DNA of 64,000 nucleotides from Paragordius varius. Its lineage: Eukaryota > Animalia > Nematomorpha. The position numbers were made by a program, and so were the translations under genes. Within the stretch, counting starts at the first letter, position 1. Each line of letters begins with the position of its first letter. The stretch is taken from positions 5,518,001 through 5,582,000 of the forward strand of contig OZ176054.1 in NCBI GenBank assembly GCA_964247055.1, given 5' to 3'. The notes beneath the pieces are model-generated. The model made no database searches. It saw only the letters and a program-made list of their open reading frames with translations, and was not told where the DNA came from. Positions 38,741 to 52,700 of this stretch are shown here, in pieces.

Positions 38741-39816
38741 TTTAATTTTTAATACAATATAGTATATTTTTATACTGTTTTAATGTTCATATTTTTTTGT
38801 ATATAGTCAAACCTTTTTTGGATGGATATTTTATGAGCTGATTTTTTACTTCTATGTATTAGTGATCTTTTGTACATAAAAAGCATCTGTAAACCAATGA
38901 ACTTATGCCGATTAAGTAAGGTCTAACATTAAATTGTTTAAATTTGAAACCTGCCCGTAAACTTAGTAAACGGCGGGTAGTTTTCAGCCGCATAAAAACA
39001 ATATAAAAACAAATATTTTATTATTTACAGAATAATTATATTGATATTATATTGAAAAAAACTGAATTGAAATTTAGTTAAAATCATTTTTTATTAAAAA
39101 TTAATGATGCAGATACTGATGAATCATGTATTTTCCCGACATTTGCGTTCATTTTGTGGCGCGCTCTATATTATAATATGCATAAACCAGTAATCATAAA
39201 TAAATTGTGTCATGGTTATGACTGTCTTGATCTTGCGAAAGAATTTTATTATTTTCGGCTGAGTATTTTAAGTAATACATGTATAGGTTTAAATAAAAAA
39301 ACAAATTTTCTTATTTTTAACTAAAAACAATAGCACAAATGCCTTATATTCAATGATTATTCGAATGCTTTAAATATGAATCTATAAATCTTGATGGAAA
39401 AAAATGCGTAATATTTTTATTATGACTAAACAATGTCCAATAAACCCATTTATATTTAAAAAATTTATTTGAATATTTTTATAATTTCAATGAATTATCG
39501 CATGATTTTTGCTGTTTTGTGGCTAAATTTTTATAATTAATTTTATGCACGTTAGTTTTGGGAAAATAGATTCAATCGGTTAACAATTAAAATGAAACTT
39601 ATTACTGCAAATATATTTAAATTAGAGAATGAAACATATCTTTCCAATTTTATGCCAAATATTGTATAATTTTCAGCTAAAAATTTCATGCGACCTAATT
39701 TTAAAGATGTAATCTTATCTTAAAATTTAAATTTGCGAATATAAGACTCCTTATTCATTTTCCCTAATTTATAAAAAATAAATTACTGCTCTGCAGCATT
39801 TAATTAAATTATGAAT

Positions 39817-40221
39817 CTATATATTTATAAAAAAGGTAAATGCTGGCTTTGAGATTTGTTTCCGGAAAACCGATAAACCCATTAAAATCCAAATATCGAA
39901 AAAATATAATCATTGATGAATGCCCCGACAATAGCTTCGCCCTTTTTGTGAATTAGGCGCCCAGTCCCCCCCCCCCCCCATGTAAAAAACGGTTTTTTTT
40001 GAAAACAGAAGTCCACAAAAATCGTGTCTTTGGGACAATTTTCCGGCGAACGTGTTAGTCCATTTAATTTCAAATATGATTTATTTTTACTTATTTTCAA
40101 TTGCGCCGAACATAGTCGGCTCGCTTTTTTAATTTAAGCCCTCTTTTTACCCGCTCCCCCCGTAAAATGCCATTTTTTTCAAAAAAATTAAGTCCACAAA
40201 AATAATTTTTTGATCGCCCAA
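39817..40221 (-). repeat. Dispersed ~400-bp repeat, copy 2
   Basis: Reverse complement of 9421-9830; the 72-aa ORF at 39882-40100 lies inside it. Confidence 0.8.
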
Positions 40222-40259
40222 GTAAACAATATATTAGTATGAATGCACCGTTTTGAAAA

Positions 40260-41050
40260 TGAGATCATAGCTATTAAATAATGTTTCAAAATAATCTCCA
40301 CATATGTAGACATTTTATTGTATCTTTTTTCAATTAAGCGTCTAGCAAAATAGTTTTGGCTTGTTTTCTGGCTCTTTTGGCTGTTTTTCGATTAATGCAT
40401 GGCTTTAATTAGGTGTTTGTTAACTATAGTGTTGCGCATTAACCATATGGGACTTCAATTTGTTATAAAATACCGCTCCTATGCCAAAAGTTAGAGCATG
40501 GGTTTCTTGTCGAGGCGATTTGACCTAATTATGTATGGGACGGCTTGGCAAGATGAAAGCCACGAGCTATCCGCTTTGTCACAAATAAAGCCACTCATTA
40601 CCCTTTACATATCGATGAAAATTATTTCCTGTGGTGACTTGCAGAATTTCCACAACTTTGTTATTTTCAATTTGTTCAAATTGTGTAAGATCATTTAGTA
40701 AGTTTATTGGTTTTTCCCATTACTTGTAGTCATGTATTGATGTTTTGTGATTAGTGTATTGCTTCTGCCAATTGTTGTTAAGTTTTTGAGTCATCATTCA
40801 AAACTTTGCAATGGATTTATTATCACTTAAGTGGTCTACAAGAGCGCCCGATATCTTTCACAATCGCAACTTTTAATTCGAAACTATATTTCATATATTT
40901 CAATCGATGGAGCAAATTCCCATATGTTTCTGCCCGCAAACAATAACTTTCAACAGCCTTTTTTCTAATGGCGATCCGTGGGATTTCTTTTCAGCACAAA
41001 ATTCAACATGATTCTTGAATAATATAAATCGCTAGTTTTTGAACTTGTAG
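40260..41050 (-). pseudogene. Heavily decayed mariner-like transposase
   Basis: Minus-strand fragments NDDSKT*QQLAEAIH*SQNINT*LQVMGKTNKL (resembles Mos1 DEDDAQTQKQLAEQL...LREMGKIQKV), HRYVKGNEWLY (resembles HRIVTGDEKWI) and VNAQHY...ALIEKQP. Many stops; no TIRs resolved. Confidence 0.55.
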
Positions 41051-43074
41051 GAGTTTTATGCCTCGCTGCTTGCGATTGAAAATCGGATAGAAAATGCGAA
41101 ACTAAAGTATCAATAAATAATTATTTTGGAACCTAAACCAGCCCATGTATAGTTTTAGTTTCTTGACAACTATCATAAAATATAATTAAGAATTTCTATC
41201 CGAGTGTTTATATTATATCATGATTTTTAAATCCCAATATTTTAAGGAATATTGTATTTATAGATGTATTTAACAGCTTTCGTTTATCGGCGTATCCTGA
41301 ATTACTAAACACAAAGATCCTTTATCTTATAGTATTTTAGCTAGAAAATACTAAACATTTTTTTTCAGTGTCTTAAAATATTTTTATAATAAAGGTTTTT
41401 ACACTTAATAAATTGGGTAATATATATAATAATTAATGTCAAAGGTAATCTTATGCCCAATCAGAGAGGAGTTGATTTTTATAACCGTTTAGTTATTATT
41501 TTTAAACAAGTATCATGCAGAGAGTATAGTATATATTTTTCGGTCTACCAATCATATTCTCTTTCTCTTTCTGTCTTTAAGGCATTTGAATATTGAGAAC
41601 AAAGGCATATTCGGAGAATGGTTTGGTGTTGGTATCTAATTGTCTAAAGCCATTTAGGTAAGAATGTTATTAATAATTTAGTGTGGCTTAGGGTTAATTA
41701 AAATGCCTTCCATGGCCTAAATGCATCGATCTGGGGTTATAATAAATCTAGATGTAATATATATAATTCTGATAGAAAAATATATCATGGTTATCATGCT
41801 TTTGGTTCTTACGAAAGATTTAAGAAAATTATTATCACTTTTGTAGCAACTTCTCCCCATATGAAGATGGCAAAATTTGTGCACAATTTGTTTGCTTGAA
41901 AATTTGATGTATAGCAAAATTTTGAAGCGTTATTAATTTCGAGCATTGTGGAAACAATAACACCTTTAAGATATGTTTAAACATTTTTACTTATAAATCT
42001 ATGATGCCGAACATTTTACCACCTCAAAATTTTGGAAGGCGTACTTCATATGTTGAAACATGGTGGAAAGGTATAAACACCCTTTAGGATATTTTAAAAA
42101 CATTTATTATATAAATATATGATGCTGAACATTTTTATCACTTTAGAAATTTTAGAAGGTTCGTTTGCTTTTAAATTTGAGTGATTTTTAGTTAAAAGAA
42201 CAAATGATATTTAACATAAATTTTCAAAAGAACAAATACTTAAGTATGAGGTGATAGAAATGTTTAGCATCATTGAATTTTAGAGAAAAGGTGTTTATAT
42301 AATATCTTTAACGTGAATTGTTACAACCACGCTTCAAAGTACCGTAAAACTGGTTTCTATAAATCTAAAAATTAAAATTCTAAATAATGATTTGCTTTTT
42401 ATATGCAGTTTATGATTATATTAGTGATATATTTAAAAATGATGCATATAACTTCCACCATATTTTATGATGTGAAGCAGTTAAAAAGTGTAAAAGACTT
42501 TCTTAAATCCCTCGTAAGGGCCAAAAGCATGATAATCCTGATATATTTTACTAGAAATTGTTTATCAGGATAATTTTTTGTGGTCACTGTGATAATGAAT
42601 TGAAAAAAATCTTAACTCAAAATTTACTTACCAACATTTTTTATGATTTTTATAAAAAACCGCCGTAAAATTATGATTAATAATTAAAATGACTGTCAAT
42701 TTTTAATTATCAGCTATTTAATTTTGGCGTAAAATCAGATTTCTATTGCATTTTTTAAATAAATATGTGCCTATTTTACATTAGTTTAGTACCTAAAAAT
42801 CCAACAACATGGACAACTATGTAAAAAACTTTTAGTAGATGCTAATTACAGGGTATCAGTATGGGGTTTTATAAATATAAATCTACATGTTCTCTCATTT
42901 CTTACCTTATTAAATAGCTTTTATAGTATTTTAATCAAGTATTCGAAAAAAGTTGTTAATGGATGTTCATTGTTAATATTAATTATATTAAAGTATTTAG
43001 GTCTAAAACAGGTATAATATGCTTTTTATGTTAACTTATTGTTTTTGGTAATACTTTTATACAAGACAGTCATT

Positions 43075-43600
43075 TTAGTCCTTCGATTCAAATTGGAATA
43101 CCCCAGGCCTGTTTAAAATTAAATTTTTTAAATGGGAGGAATCAAAACTATGGCAAAATTTTGCAGTCAATAACATTAATAACCGAAATATAAAATTTTT
43201 TATTAAAAATTACTCAATATTACTTATTTTAAGCTAAAACCGAAATGTAAAAATTTAGTCAGTGACATATGTGCAATGGTAATAAAAATAATACAAAACA
43301 AACCGCTTTTTCTATTTCTATCAATGTTAGATGATAATAAATAGCTTTAATTTTACCCTTTAAATCAATATAGACGATATTTGCAAAAATTTTGTAAAAT
43401 AAAAATGGCGTCGAAGTAGTTTGACATGAAACTTTTTTCAAAACAAAATTTAATTTATATATTTTGGCATATATATATAATTTTTATTAGAATAGAAGCA
43501 TAACTTTTAATTAGGACCGTTTCCTTCAGTAGTTTTATTTTAACTCAAATTTAGTCTGGGTTATTTAGATACCCCAATTTGAATCGAAGTGTTAAAAAAA
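43075..43600. mobile_element. Palindromic MITE-like element just upstream of the beta-catenin ATG
   Basis: CTTCGATTCAAATTGG near 43080 pairs with CCAATTTGAATCGAAG near 43575. Internal 43378-43450 recurs at 57798-57870; arm-like sequences recur near 1470-1570, 3330-3430 and 57520. Confidence 0.6.
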
Positions 43601-43716
43601 TAACATATATACGTAAATAAATTTATATTTAAAATTATTTTACAATAAATAAACATATGATAACCTTTTAACCTAATTCTTTGTTACAAACTGACCACGA
43701 TACAAGAGTATTCACT

Positions 43717-46700
43717 ATGAATTTCGCTTATCAACAAGGTGTAAGCACGACTTTTAACAGTGCCCAACATGATTTTTCTTCCAAAAATGAAACTTTGAAT
43801 TGGCAACAAAATCATTATATGGGTGATTCTGGGATACAAACAGAAATTAATACGAGAGTAATATTTGGTTTTATAAGTTTCATAGACTCCCTCTATATCA
43901 GGACACTTGGCACCTATTGAGAGTAATATGTATAATCATGAAAACATGAATCAATGTTTTGATTGGAATACTCAAGGTTTAAATGCCTGAATTAATAATG
44001 TTTTAGAATTGGGAGATATGTTAAATCAAACCCGTGCACAACGGGTTAGGGCCGCCATGTTTCCTGAAAGTATGGAAGAGGGTACTGAAATACCTTCAAC
44101 TAATATGGAAGGAATGGAAACAAATGCAGTATTAGAACTTTCAGAACCATCACAAATTTTGAAACACGCAGTTGGAAATTTGATAAATTATCAAGTAAGG
44201 CATATATTATGTAAATAATTGTATTATTTATTATATTTTCTATTTCAACTGTGCCCACTTATGTTTATAGGGTTTGATCTTAACAGTTATGTTGGTGTAA
44301 TATAAACAATATTATATTTAACGAGGATCATTAGGATAAATATATGATTAACGATAATTTTTTATTTTTTTCCCCATATATCAGTTTTGACGTCATATGT
44401 TAAAAAATTTAATTGCAATTTTTTGATTCACATAAAAAGATTTTTTATTTACCTTTTTCAGGATGAAGCAAAATCTTATTGTTAATATTAATTAATAATT
44501 GTTTGATTGGGTATGCCTCAAAATAATCTTATAAGCCCAATACTTTTCTAATTTATCATCTCATCTTAAAGTTTTCAAAAAAGAAATCAATTTTTTTAAT
44601 ATAATGATATAAATTTTGTTTGTATATAGGATGATGCCGAACTCTGTACCCGGGCTTTACCAGAATTGGTGAAATTACTTGCTACTTCTACACACACGGA
44701 AGATAAACCTACATTGGCAAAAGTAAGTTTTACCAAAATACTGATATGAAATTTTTTTTGAAATAAAGTTAATAATATAGATAATACTATTTTACATATT
44801 TTTTGTTATTGGTCTGTATACCATAATTAAACTAAACACAAAAATAAGGCAAACGAAACAAAATAAACGCATAGCAAACAGAATTATATAGTAAGGAAAA
44901 AAAAGAAAATTCAAAATTTTTTAAGGGTCGTACATGTCGTAATTATTAGGAAAAGAGTGTTTTTTACTAAATTTGAAAAGAAAACAAGATGTTGTTGATG
45001 GTGAATTTTTCTATGAGAGGCAAAAACTATAAGTTATTTTAGGGTAAGAATTTTGATTTACCATCCAATCTATCTGATTAATTTATAACACATGGTTGCA
45101 CTTATAGAAAAAATTCTGAATAATTATTTAAATTAATCTAAACCAGTGTATGGTAAAAAATAGCAACCAATCGAAATTAAACATATTTTCCCTGGTATTT
45201 TTCTACCATGTAAGCCACTGTGATTACAAATTAATCCATAATATACATTAATTTTCTTTTTCCTGTTACTAAATTATGAAACAATGTTAAGGAAAAATGG
45301 TTCATATTTATGGTTTGTGTAAAATTATGTGAGATATAACCAATCAATAAAGCTAAAAACAATATGTTTAATTTAATAATAAATTGCATGAGTAAATTAC
45401 AACATTATAATACAAAATTATTATACAATTTTGAAATGAAGATTTTTATAATAAATACCGCCGAATAAAGACATTTTGTGAGAAACAATATAAAAATAAA
45501 AAAAAAACCATGTTTGTAATTGTTTTCGTTATCAAGTTTTTTTTCAATAATGCTACGTTTAACAAAATAGATTTTAAAAATTCAAAATATTTCTTTAACG
45601 ATTTTGATTTGCGTTCCTCACACAAACGCCTTATTCGGCAATATTGTTCGAAATATGTTTTGCACCATGGTGCCTTGTTATAATAAAATTTTAATTATGG
45701 AAAAACATTCTATTGGATTTAGTTGGGGAGAATAGGGAGGTAAAAATACCAACCTATCCCTTAAGTTTCCAAGCACCGACGCCTTGTGAATCGGTGCGTT
45801 ATCACAAACGATATAAGATTCCTGGGGTAACATAGGCAACGTTTCTTCCAAAAAAAGTTTAAACGAGTCCCCCTTAAAGGATCCCGTTTTGATGTCAAAA
45901 TTTATGACACCCTCACATCCTATCATACATAGGAGTGATACATTTTTTCCTATATAATATATTTTCATTATACCTCTTTGAAAACCTTCTACAACCGGAA
46001 ATTCGTTGGCGGAAGGGAAAATCCTGATTCATCCAGATAGACGGGTTTGAGGCGCATTTGAAGCGCATAATATCATAACTTTTAGTATAACGTCAAGTGA
46101 ATTTCTGTCTCTAGGTTCAAAACTACACCTTTTGCGGGTGATTTTTAATTTTTTTAACCTTTTGTATAATGTTGATTGCGAAACTTTGAGGGAATCGGGT
46201 AATTGCGAAATTACCTCCTCAATCGCAATTTCGCAAGAGTTTTTGTAAATCCTTTCAACCAGTTCAATCAAAGCTGGATTAACCTCCTTTTCTCTATGTT
46301 TTGGATTTTGTTTCGATGCCTAAAAGCATCTCTCGCTTAAATTTGTTGATGGATGGAATAGACATATACAATTTATCAATAAATTCCCGCGATTGTTTTA
46401 GAGGATTCAAAAATATTCTGTATGCCTTTTTAATTTTCTGTTCCGTCCAAAAATGATAATTTTTATTCAAATAACAATATACTTCTTTTAAAGAAATATT
46501 TATGGATACGCACCTTCAAGGCAATTTCCTGTTGTTATAGGTTTTCAAAGAGGGTTAATGAAAATATATTATATAGGAAAAAATGTATCACTCCTATGTA
46601 TGATAGGATGTGAGGGTGTTATAAATTTTGACATCAAAACGGGATCCTTTAAAGGGGGACTCGTTTAAACTTTTTTTGGAAGAAACGTTGCCTATGTTAC

Positions 46701-49700
46701 CCCAGGAATCGTATATTGTTTGTGATAACGCACCGATTCACAAGGCGTCGGTGCTTGGAAATTTAAGGGATAGGTGGTTTTTTTACCTCCTTATTCCCCC
46801 TAACTAAATCCAAAGAATGTTTTTCCGTTAATTAAAATTTTGTTATAACAAGGCACCACGGTGCAAAACATATTTATTGCCGAATAAGGCGTTTGTGTGA
46901 GGAACGCAAATCAAAATCGTTAAAAAAATATTTTGAATTTTCAAAAGCTATTTTGTTAAATGTAGCATTAATGACAAAAAAATTAGATAACGAAAATAAT
47001 TAAAAACATGGTTTTTTTGTTGTTTCTCACTAATGTCTTTTTTTCGGCGGTATTTATTACAAATATCTTTATTTCAATATTGTATAATTATTTTGTATTA
47101 TAATGTTGTGATAGTCATGTATATTGTATTTTATCAAAAAAATTTTTTTGTTAAATGGGTATAAACATATGAATGAAAAAAACAAGAGGTTTCTACCATA
47201 GAGCTTTTTTTTCCATTCTTTAACAAATATTTATGCCTATCTAACAAAAAACAAATAAATTTTTGATAAAATTAGTTTGAAAAAATGATATACACAAAGA
47301 ATCTTACAGTAAACAAAAGAATTATTAGAGTAAGGAAAAAAAGAAAATTAAAAAAAAACATGGTCAAAAAATTGTGTAAGTAGAAACAACAGAAACTACT
47401 TATCAAGGGTCGTACATGTCGTAATTATTAGAAGAATCTGTTATTCTAAATTTGAAAAAAAACAAGATGTTGTTGAAATTTTCCTATGAGATATTTTTTA
47501 TAATTTTTTTTGCAAAAACTATAAGTTATCTAGAGTTAATAGGGTAAGAATTTTGATTTATTATCCAATCTACCTGATTAATTTATAACACAAGGTTGAT
47601 ATATAAAAAACTCTGAAAATTTAACTAAACCAGTGAATGGTAAAAGATAGCAACTAATTAAAATTAAATTTTTTTCGCTTGTTAATAGATTTTGCTTTAT
47701 TTTTAATACCATATAAGCTATTGTGTTTACAAATTTAAACATAATACACATTAATTTTTTTGTTCTTGTTACGAAATTATAAAACAAGTTTCATAAAATG
47801 GTGTATATTTATGGTTTGTGTAAAATTATGTGAGATTTACCAATCAATAAAGCGATATAATATGTTTAGATTATTAATAAATTTGTAATTTTTACAGACT
47901 AATTTTATCATATTATCTTTTTGAGTTGTGCTATTAAATACAAAATTAGTCTTTGACAAAAAGTTACTCATAGTCAGCATTTTTGTTTTATTTTAATTAA
48001 TTTTTTTAATTGTTGGTTTGATTCAACTATGCATACAGTATGAGGTGTAAATATACATTGCTAGTTTCAAATATTGCCTGCCAGATAGCATATATGTAGA
48101 AAAGGGCATTATTATTGGATAGTAGCGGTAAAAATCGAAAAAAATAACTATGTGGGTGAATTATATTTCCCTTTGCTTTTTTTGCCAAATTAGGCTTTTT
48201 ATATACCTCTAAACTAAAGGACCAAACTTGAATCTCATCTATAATTTCATATAATATATAGGTTGCAGCCATCATACATAGATTGAGTAAAAAAGAGGCC
48301 GCTCGCAAAGCCATTCTCCTTAATGCTGCCTCTGATGATTTGATTGCTTCCCTTATCAATGCCACGAGTTCATGTTTTAAAGGTAGGTAGTAAAAGGATA
48401 AAATATTAGGGTTTATAAACCATTTACAGTTCCTTAAATACAAAACCACCCTTGAACCATTTAAATTTACCCTAAAAATAAATTATGTGTTTTCGAACTA
48501 ATATAACTCATTATTAATATGAATTATATCTTTATGGCATAGTTTATTATTTTTTAGTATTATTTTAATTTTAAACGAAATTTTATTTTTTAAAAATATA
48601 TAAAAATATAGGTAATTTTTAATCATAAAAAACATATAATTGGTGACTTTGAAGTTCAAGGGTGAATAGAATTGTAAATGGTTATTAGCGTTGGGTCTGA
48701 ACGCTTAGACGGCCTTTAAAAATAACCAATTATATCACTTGATGTAAACGAATAAGATATTGGTTATGTTTAAATTTACTGTAAAAACAGTGAAATTTGA
48801 TTTTTTTCCATCCTTTTTTACAGTTATATACAGGTAATATTATAGTTTGTCTTTTAACACCACATATTTTTTGTTTTTGCAACCCCATAATTTGAAACAA
48901 AACCTTACCGTTATAGGTTTTATTAGAAAAACAAAGGAAATCGGTTTATCAAATATAAAATAAATCTTACCTATACATGACTGTGATTTCATTTATTTAG
49001 TGAACATGATAATACTATAAAGCTATGTAATTGGCATCTTTTATTTTTTCGATTTATAATCTATATTTACATTTATGACATTGATTGACTGGCTAACTGT
49101 ATACAAGCAGTCAGACAGTTATGTCTAACGAAAACCCAAATAATATATTATAAGATTTTGGGAAATAAACGATTTCATCAACAAAATAAAAATCCTTGGC
49201 TATTTAAAAAATTTTAAATTAAATGAGAATATAAATTCATTTTAACATCAATAGTTATGGTTTGAATACACGCTCCAGTATTTTATATGTTTTAATAGTT
49301 AATAGTTAATACATTTTTTATTTTTTTTTCTTTTACTTTCGACAAAGTTTACTAGTTGGTAATCAATTCACATTTTAAAATTCAATTATCCCTAACTTCA
49401 ATAATATTTTTTTATTACAAACTCAATTTTTCAGATTTCAATATAAATAATTTGGTATGATAATAAAATCTATTTTGAACTATGTATGTATAGATGACGG
49501 AAATGGCAATTCAGAGGAGGAGAATGAAATTATGAGATCATTGGTTGGGGCTCTCTATAATATCAGTTATCAAAAACCTGGATTATTAGCCATCTTCAAA
49601 AGTGGCGGTATCCCTGCTTTGGTCCGTTTACTAAGGTAAATAAGTTAAAAATGAAATTATACAGACACAGCGTAAAAACACAAAGACAAATATTTTTTTC

Positions 49701-52700
49701 AAAGACCACAAAATACTTTTTTAAATCCGTTTCAAGGTATAATTCATAGTGTTAAATTGCAAGTATTAAATAGAAATGTAATTTGGAAACACAACCAATT
49801 ATATATTTTACAATTGTAATTTCATAATTATTATAGGAAAAAATAAGAGATTTAAAAAGGTATGTTTGTCTTTTCAAAAGAAAGAATTGTCTTTATGTTC
49901 TAAATTTTTTTCTATATAATTTCAATTTTTACTGTAAGTTTTAACTTTTACGATAAATTCCCATAATGACCAGATGATTAGTATTATATATTTATACCGG
50001 CTTTAAATAAATATTAAAAAACCTGGACTCTGTTTAAAATCAGAAAAGTGGACGACAATCGGCATATGAGCTCATTTATTTATAGGCGCTGAGTATATTT
50101 AAAAAGAAAGGGATTCTTTCTCTTTATTTATAGCATTTTATACTAGTTTATTTTTTTTTCAAAATTATATTCCATAATATTTGTATAGTTCACCGATTGA
50201 AAGTGTGCTGTTTTATGCTATAACAACCATTCATAACTTGCTGCTTCATCAAGAGGGCTCTAAGGCCGTCGTTCGATCCGCAGGTGGAATTCAGAAAATG
50301 GTTATGTTACTTCGGAAAGATAATGTCAAGTTTTTGGCTATCACGACGGATTGCCTACAGATTTTGGCATACGGGAATCCGGAGAGCAAAGTATTTATTC
50401 ATTCCTGTTTTATGCGTTTCTCACAATTTTATTATCTTTTTTATATACATAATTATTTTTTTTGAAAATTAAGCGTTTTTAAATATGCCTACATCATAAA
50501 TTCACTATTCTTTTGATTCATGATAAAGTCAAATAGTATTTAAAGCAAATGTTGAGTTTTTTTTATTATTATAAAAAATTATTATTTAGCTCATAATTTT
50601 GTCGAGCGGAGGGCCACTTGAACTGATTCGCATCATGCGGACTTATAGTTATGAGAAAGTGCTTTGGACAACTTCACGTGTACTCAAAGTTTTATCTGTT
50701 TGTCCCAACAATAAACCTGTTATCTTGCAAGCAGGTTTGAAAACTATAATTTAACTTTTTTTCCATCGCAACTTTTTTAAAAAACTGATTTTGAAAATTT
50801 TCAAACTAAAAAAAATGAAATCTGCCTGTTTGAATAAAATAAGTTATGAGCTAGAGTGATTTTTAACGGACTAATGGCTTGGCGGCTACATTTTGTAAGG
50901 TTTATTTTTATACATGAAGACAGATAATTGCTTTTTTTGTAGAAATTTGCTGTATCTCAAAAAGTATTTAAAATTGAATTTTGTAAAATGCAGGATGAAA
51001 AAGAAAATAAAATTACAAAATTAAAGATTTATATAAGGTTTGATGAATTTTTGGCATAAATCTGTATTTTCTAAAACCCTTCAAAAACCCTAAAAGTAAT
51101 AACATATAGAAGAAGGTTGTATATGTTTTGGCGATAAACAAAAAAATAGGGTTTTAGCCATAATGTTTGAGTAGCAATTATAGTGCATAATTTCATCGAA
51201 TATTAATGTGAAGCTTTGCAACAAATTTGATTTATTCAAAAATCATCTATCTTAAATTTAAAAACAGACAGAGTTGTATGATATTTTAACTTTAAGTCAT
51301 ATTGATTGGACATTAACATTTATTTCAGTCATTTATTCCGATTTCTTTTTTGCCGATTTGAATATTGAGAAAATTACATAGCAGAGTCATTTTAGTTGGT
51401 ATTTTAAATTTTTTTATAATTTTAGACATCTGGGTTGCATTATTATGTTCTTGCCAAGCAACACAAATATAATAAAAATATAAGGAAAAAGCTGCTTTTA
51501 TCTTTTATACTTTTAAAATTTTAACGTTTTCCATGGGGATATTAGATGGTTAATGTAATTTTTTGCGACACTATAACGTAAAAATATTTCGCTAAGTTCA
51601 GTCCAGAATTTCTGTCAATCATCGCAATTAATCTAATCGCATTAAAAAAGTTGGATTCCGGTAATCTCAAACTTTCTATAATTTTGAAAGATGTTGATAT
51701 CTGACATCGTTAAGACAGCTCTTAGTTGTCTTTATTCTAGTAAATGTATGTATGAACATACACTAGCCTCCAAGTCAGAAAGTCAAAAGCCATTAGTCAG
51801 TTTAGAATCATTCTAGCCATAGTATTTAAGTGTTTTTTGTTTTTTAAGTAATTGATAATTATAAACTTCAAACACATTTGATATATCACAAATTTTTTCA
51901 CGATGTTTGATTAGGTGGATTACATGCCTTAGCTATGCATCTCAATAATAGCTCTCATAGATTGGTGCAGAATTGTTTGTGGGCCATTCGAAATCTTTCA
52001 GACGCAGCAACTAGACAGGTTTTCTTTTTACGCCTTTTTAAAGAAAATCAAGTATTAATTTTAAAATATTATGGATCTATTAAATTTACAAACTGTTTTA
52101 AATTTATAATCATTCGTTTGATTGCGAAATTTTTTATATACACACACATGTATAGAAAGTTTTGTGGTATTATTTTTACATAATGTATTTTAGGCAAACA
52201 TGATGTTAAATTTTCTAAAAAAAATGCTAATGTATTGAAAAAAACATAAATCAGTCTGACCATATACATTCATGTATCCTTTATATTATCAAAATATTTT
52301 CTTTCGTTAAATGGGTATAAATATTTGTTAAAGAATGGAAAAAAAGAAAACCTCTATGGTATTAACAATATCATATTCATCAAAAAAGTATATAAAGCTC
52401 TTGTTTTTTAACGAAAGAAAATAATGTTTTGATAAAATAAAGGATGCATGACTGTTGAATCAATCTTAATCAAAATTATTTATTTTATCATAGGAAAATA
52501 TGGATGGATTATTGCAAACTTTGATTCGGCTTTTATGTTGTACCGACATAAATTTTGTTATCTGCGCAGCTGGAATACTGAGTAATTTTACTTGTAACAA
52601 TCAAAACAATAAAGCTGTTTTGTATGCTTTTAATGGTATACCAGCATTGCTTCAAGCCATTCAAACTTACATTGATAGGGAGGAAATTACGGAAACTGCG

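Noticed and set aside
38930-38975. GC-rich hairpin as a possible small RNA or terminator
   Set aside because: Short imperfect stem with no recognisable RNA-family motif.
48027-48449. 140-aa minus-strand ORF
   Set aside because: Antisense shadow of beta-catenin exon 48262-48382 plus AT-rich intron.
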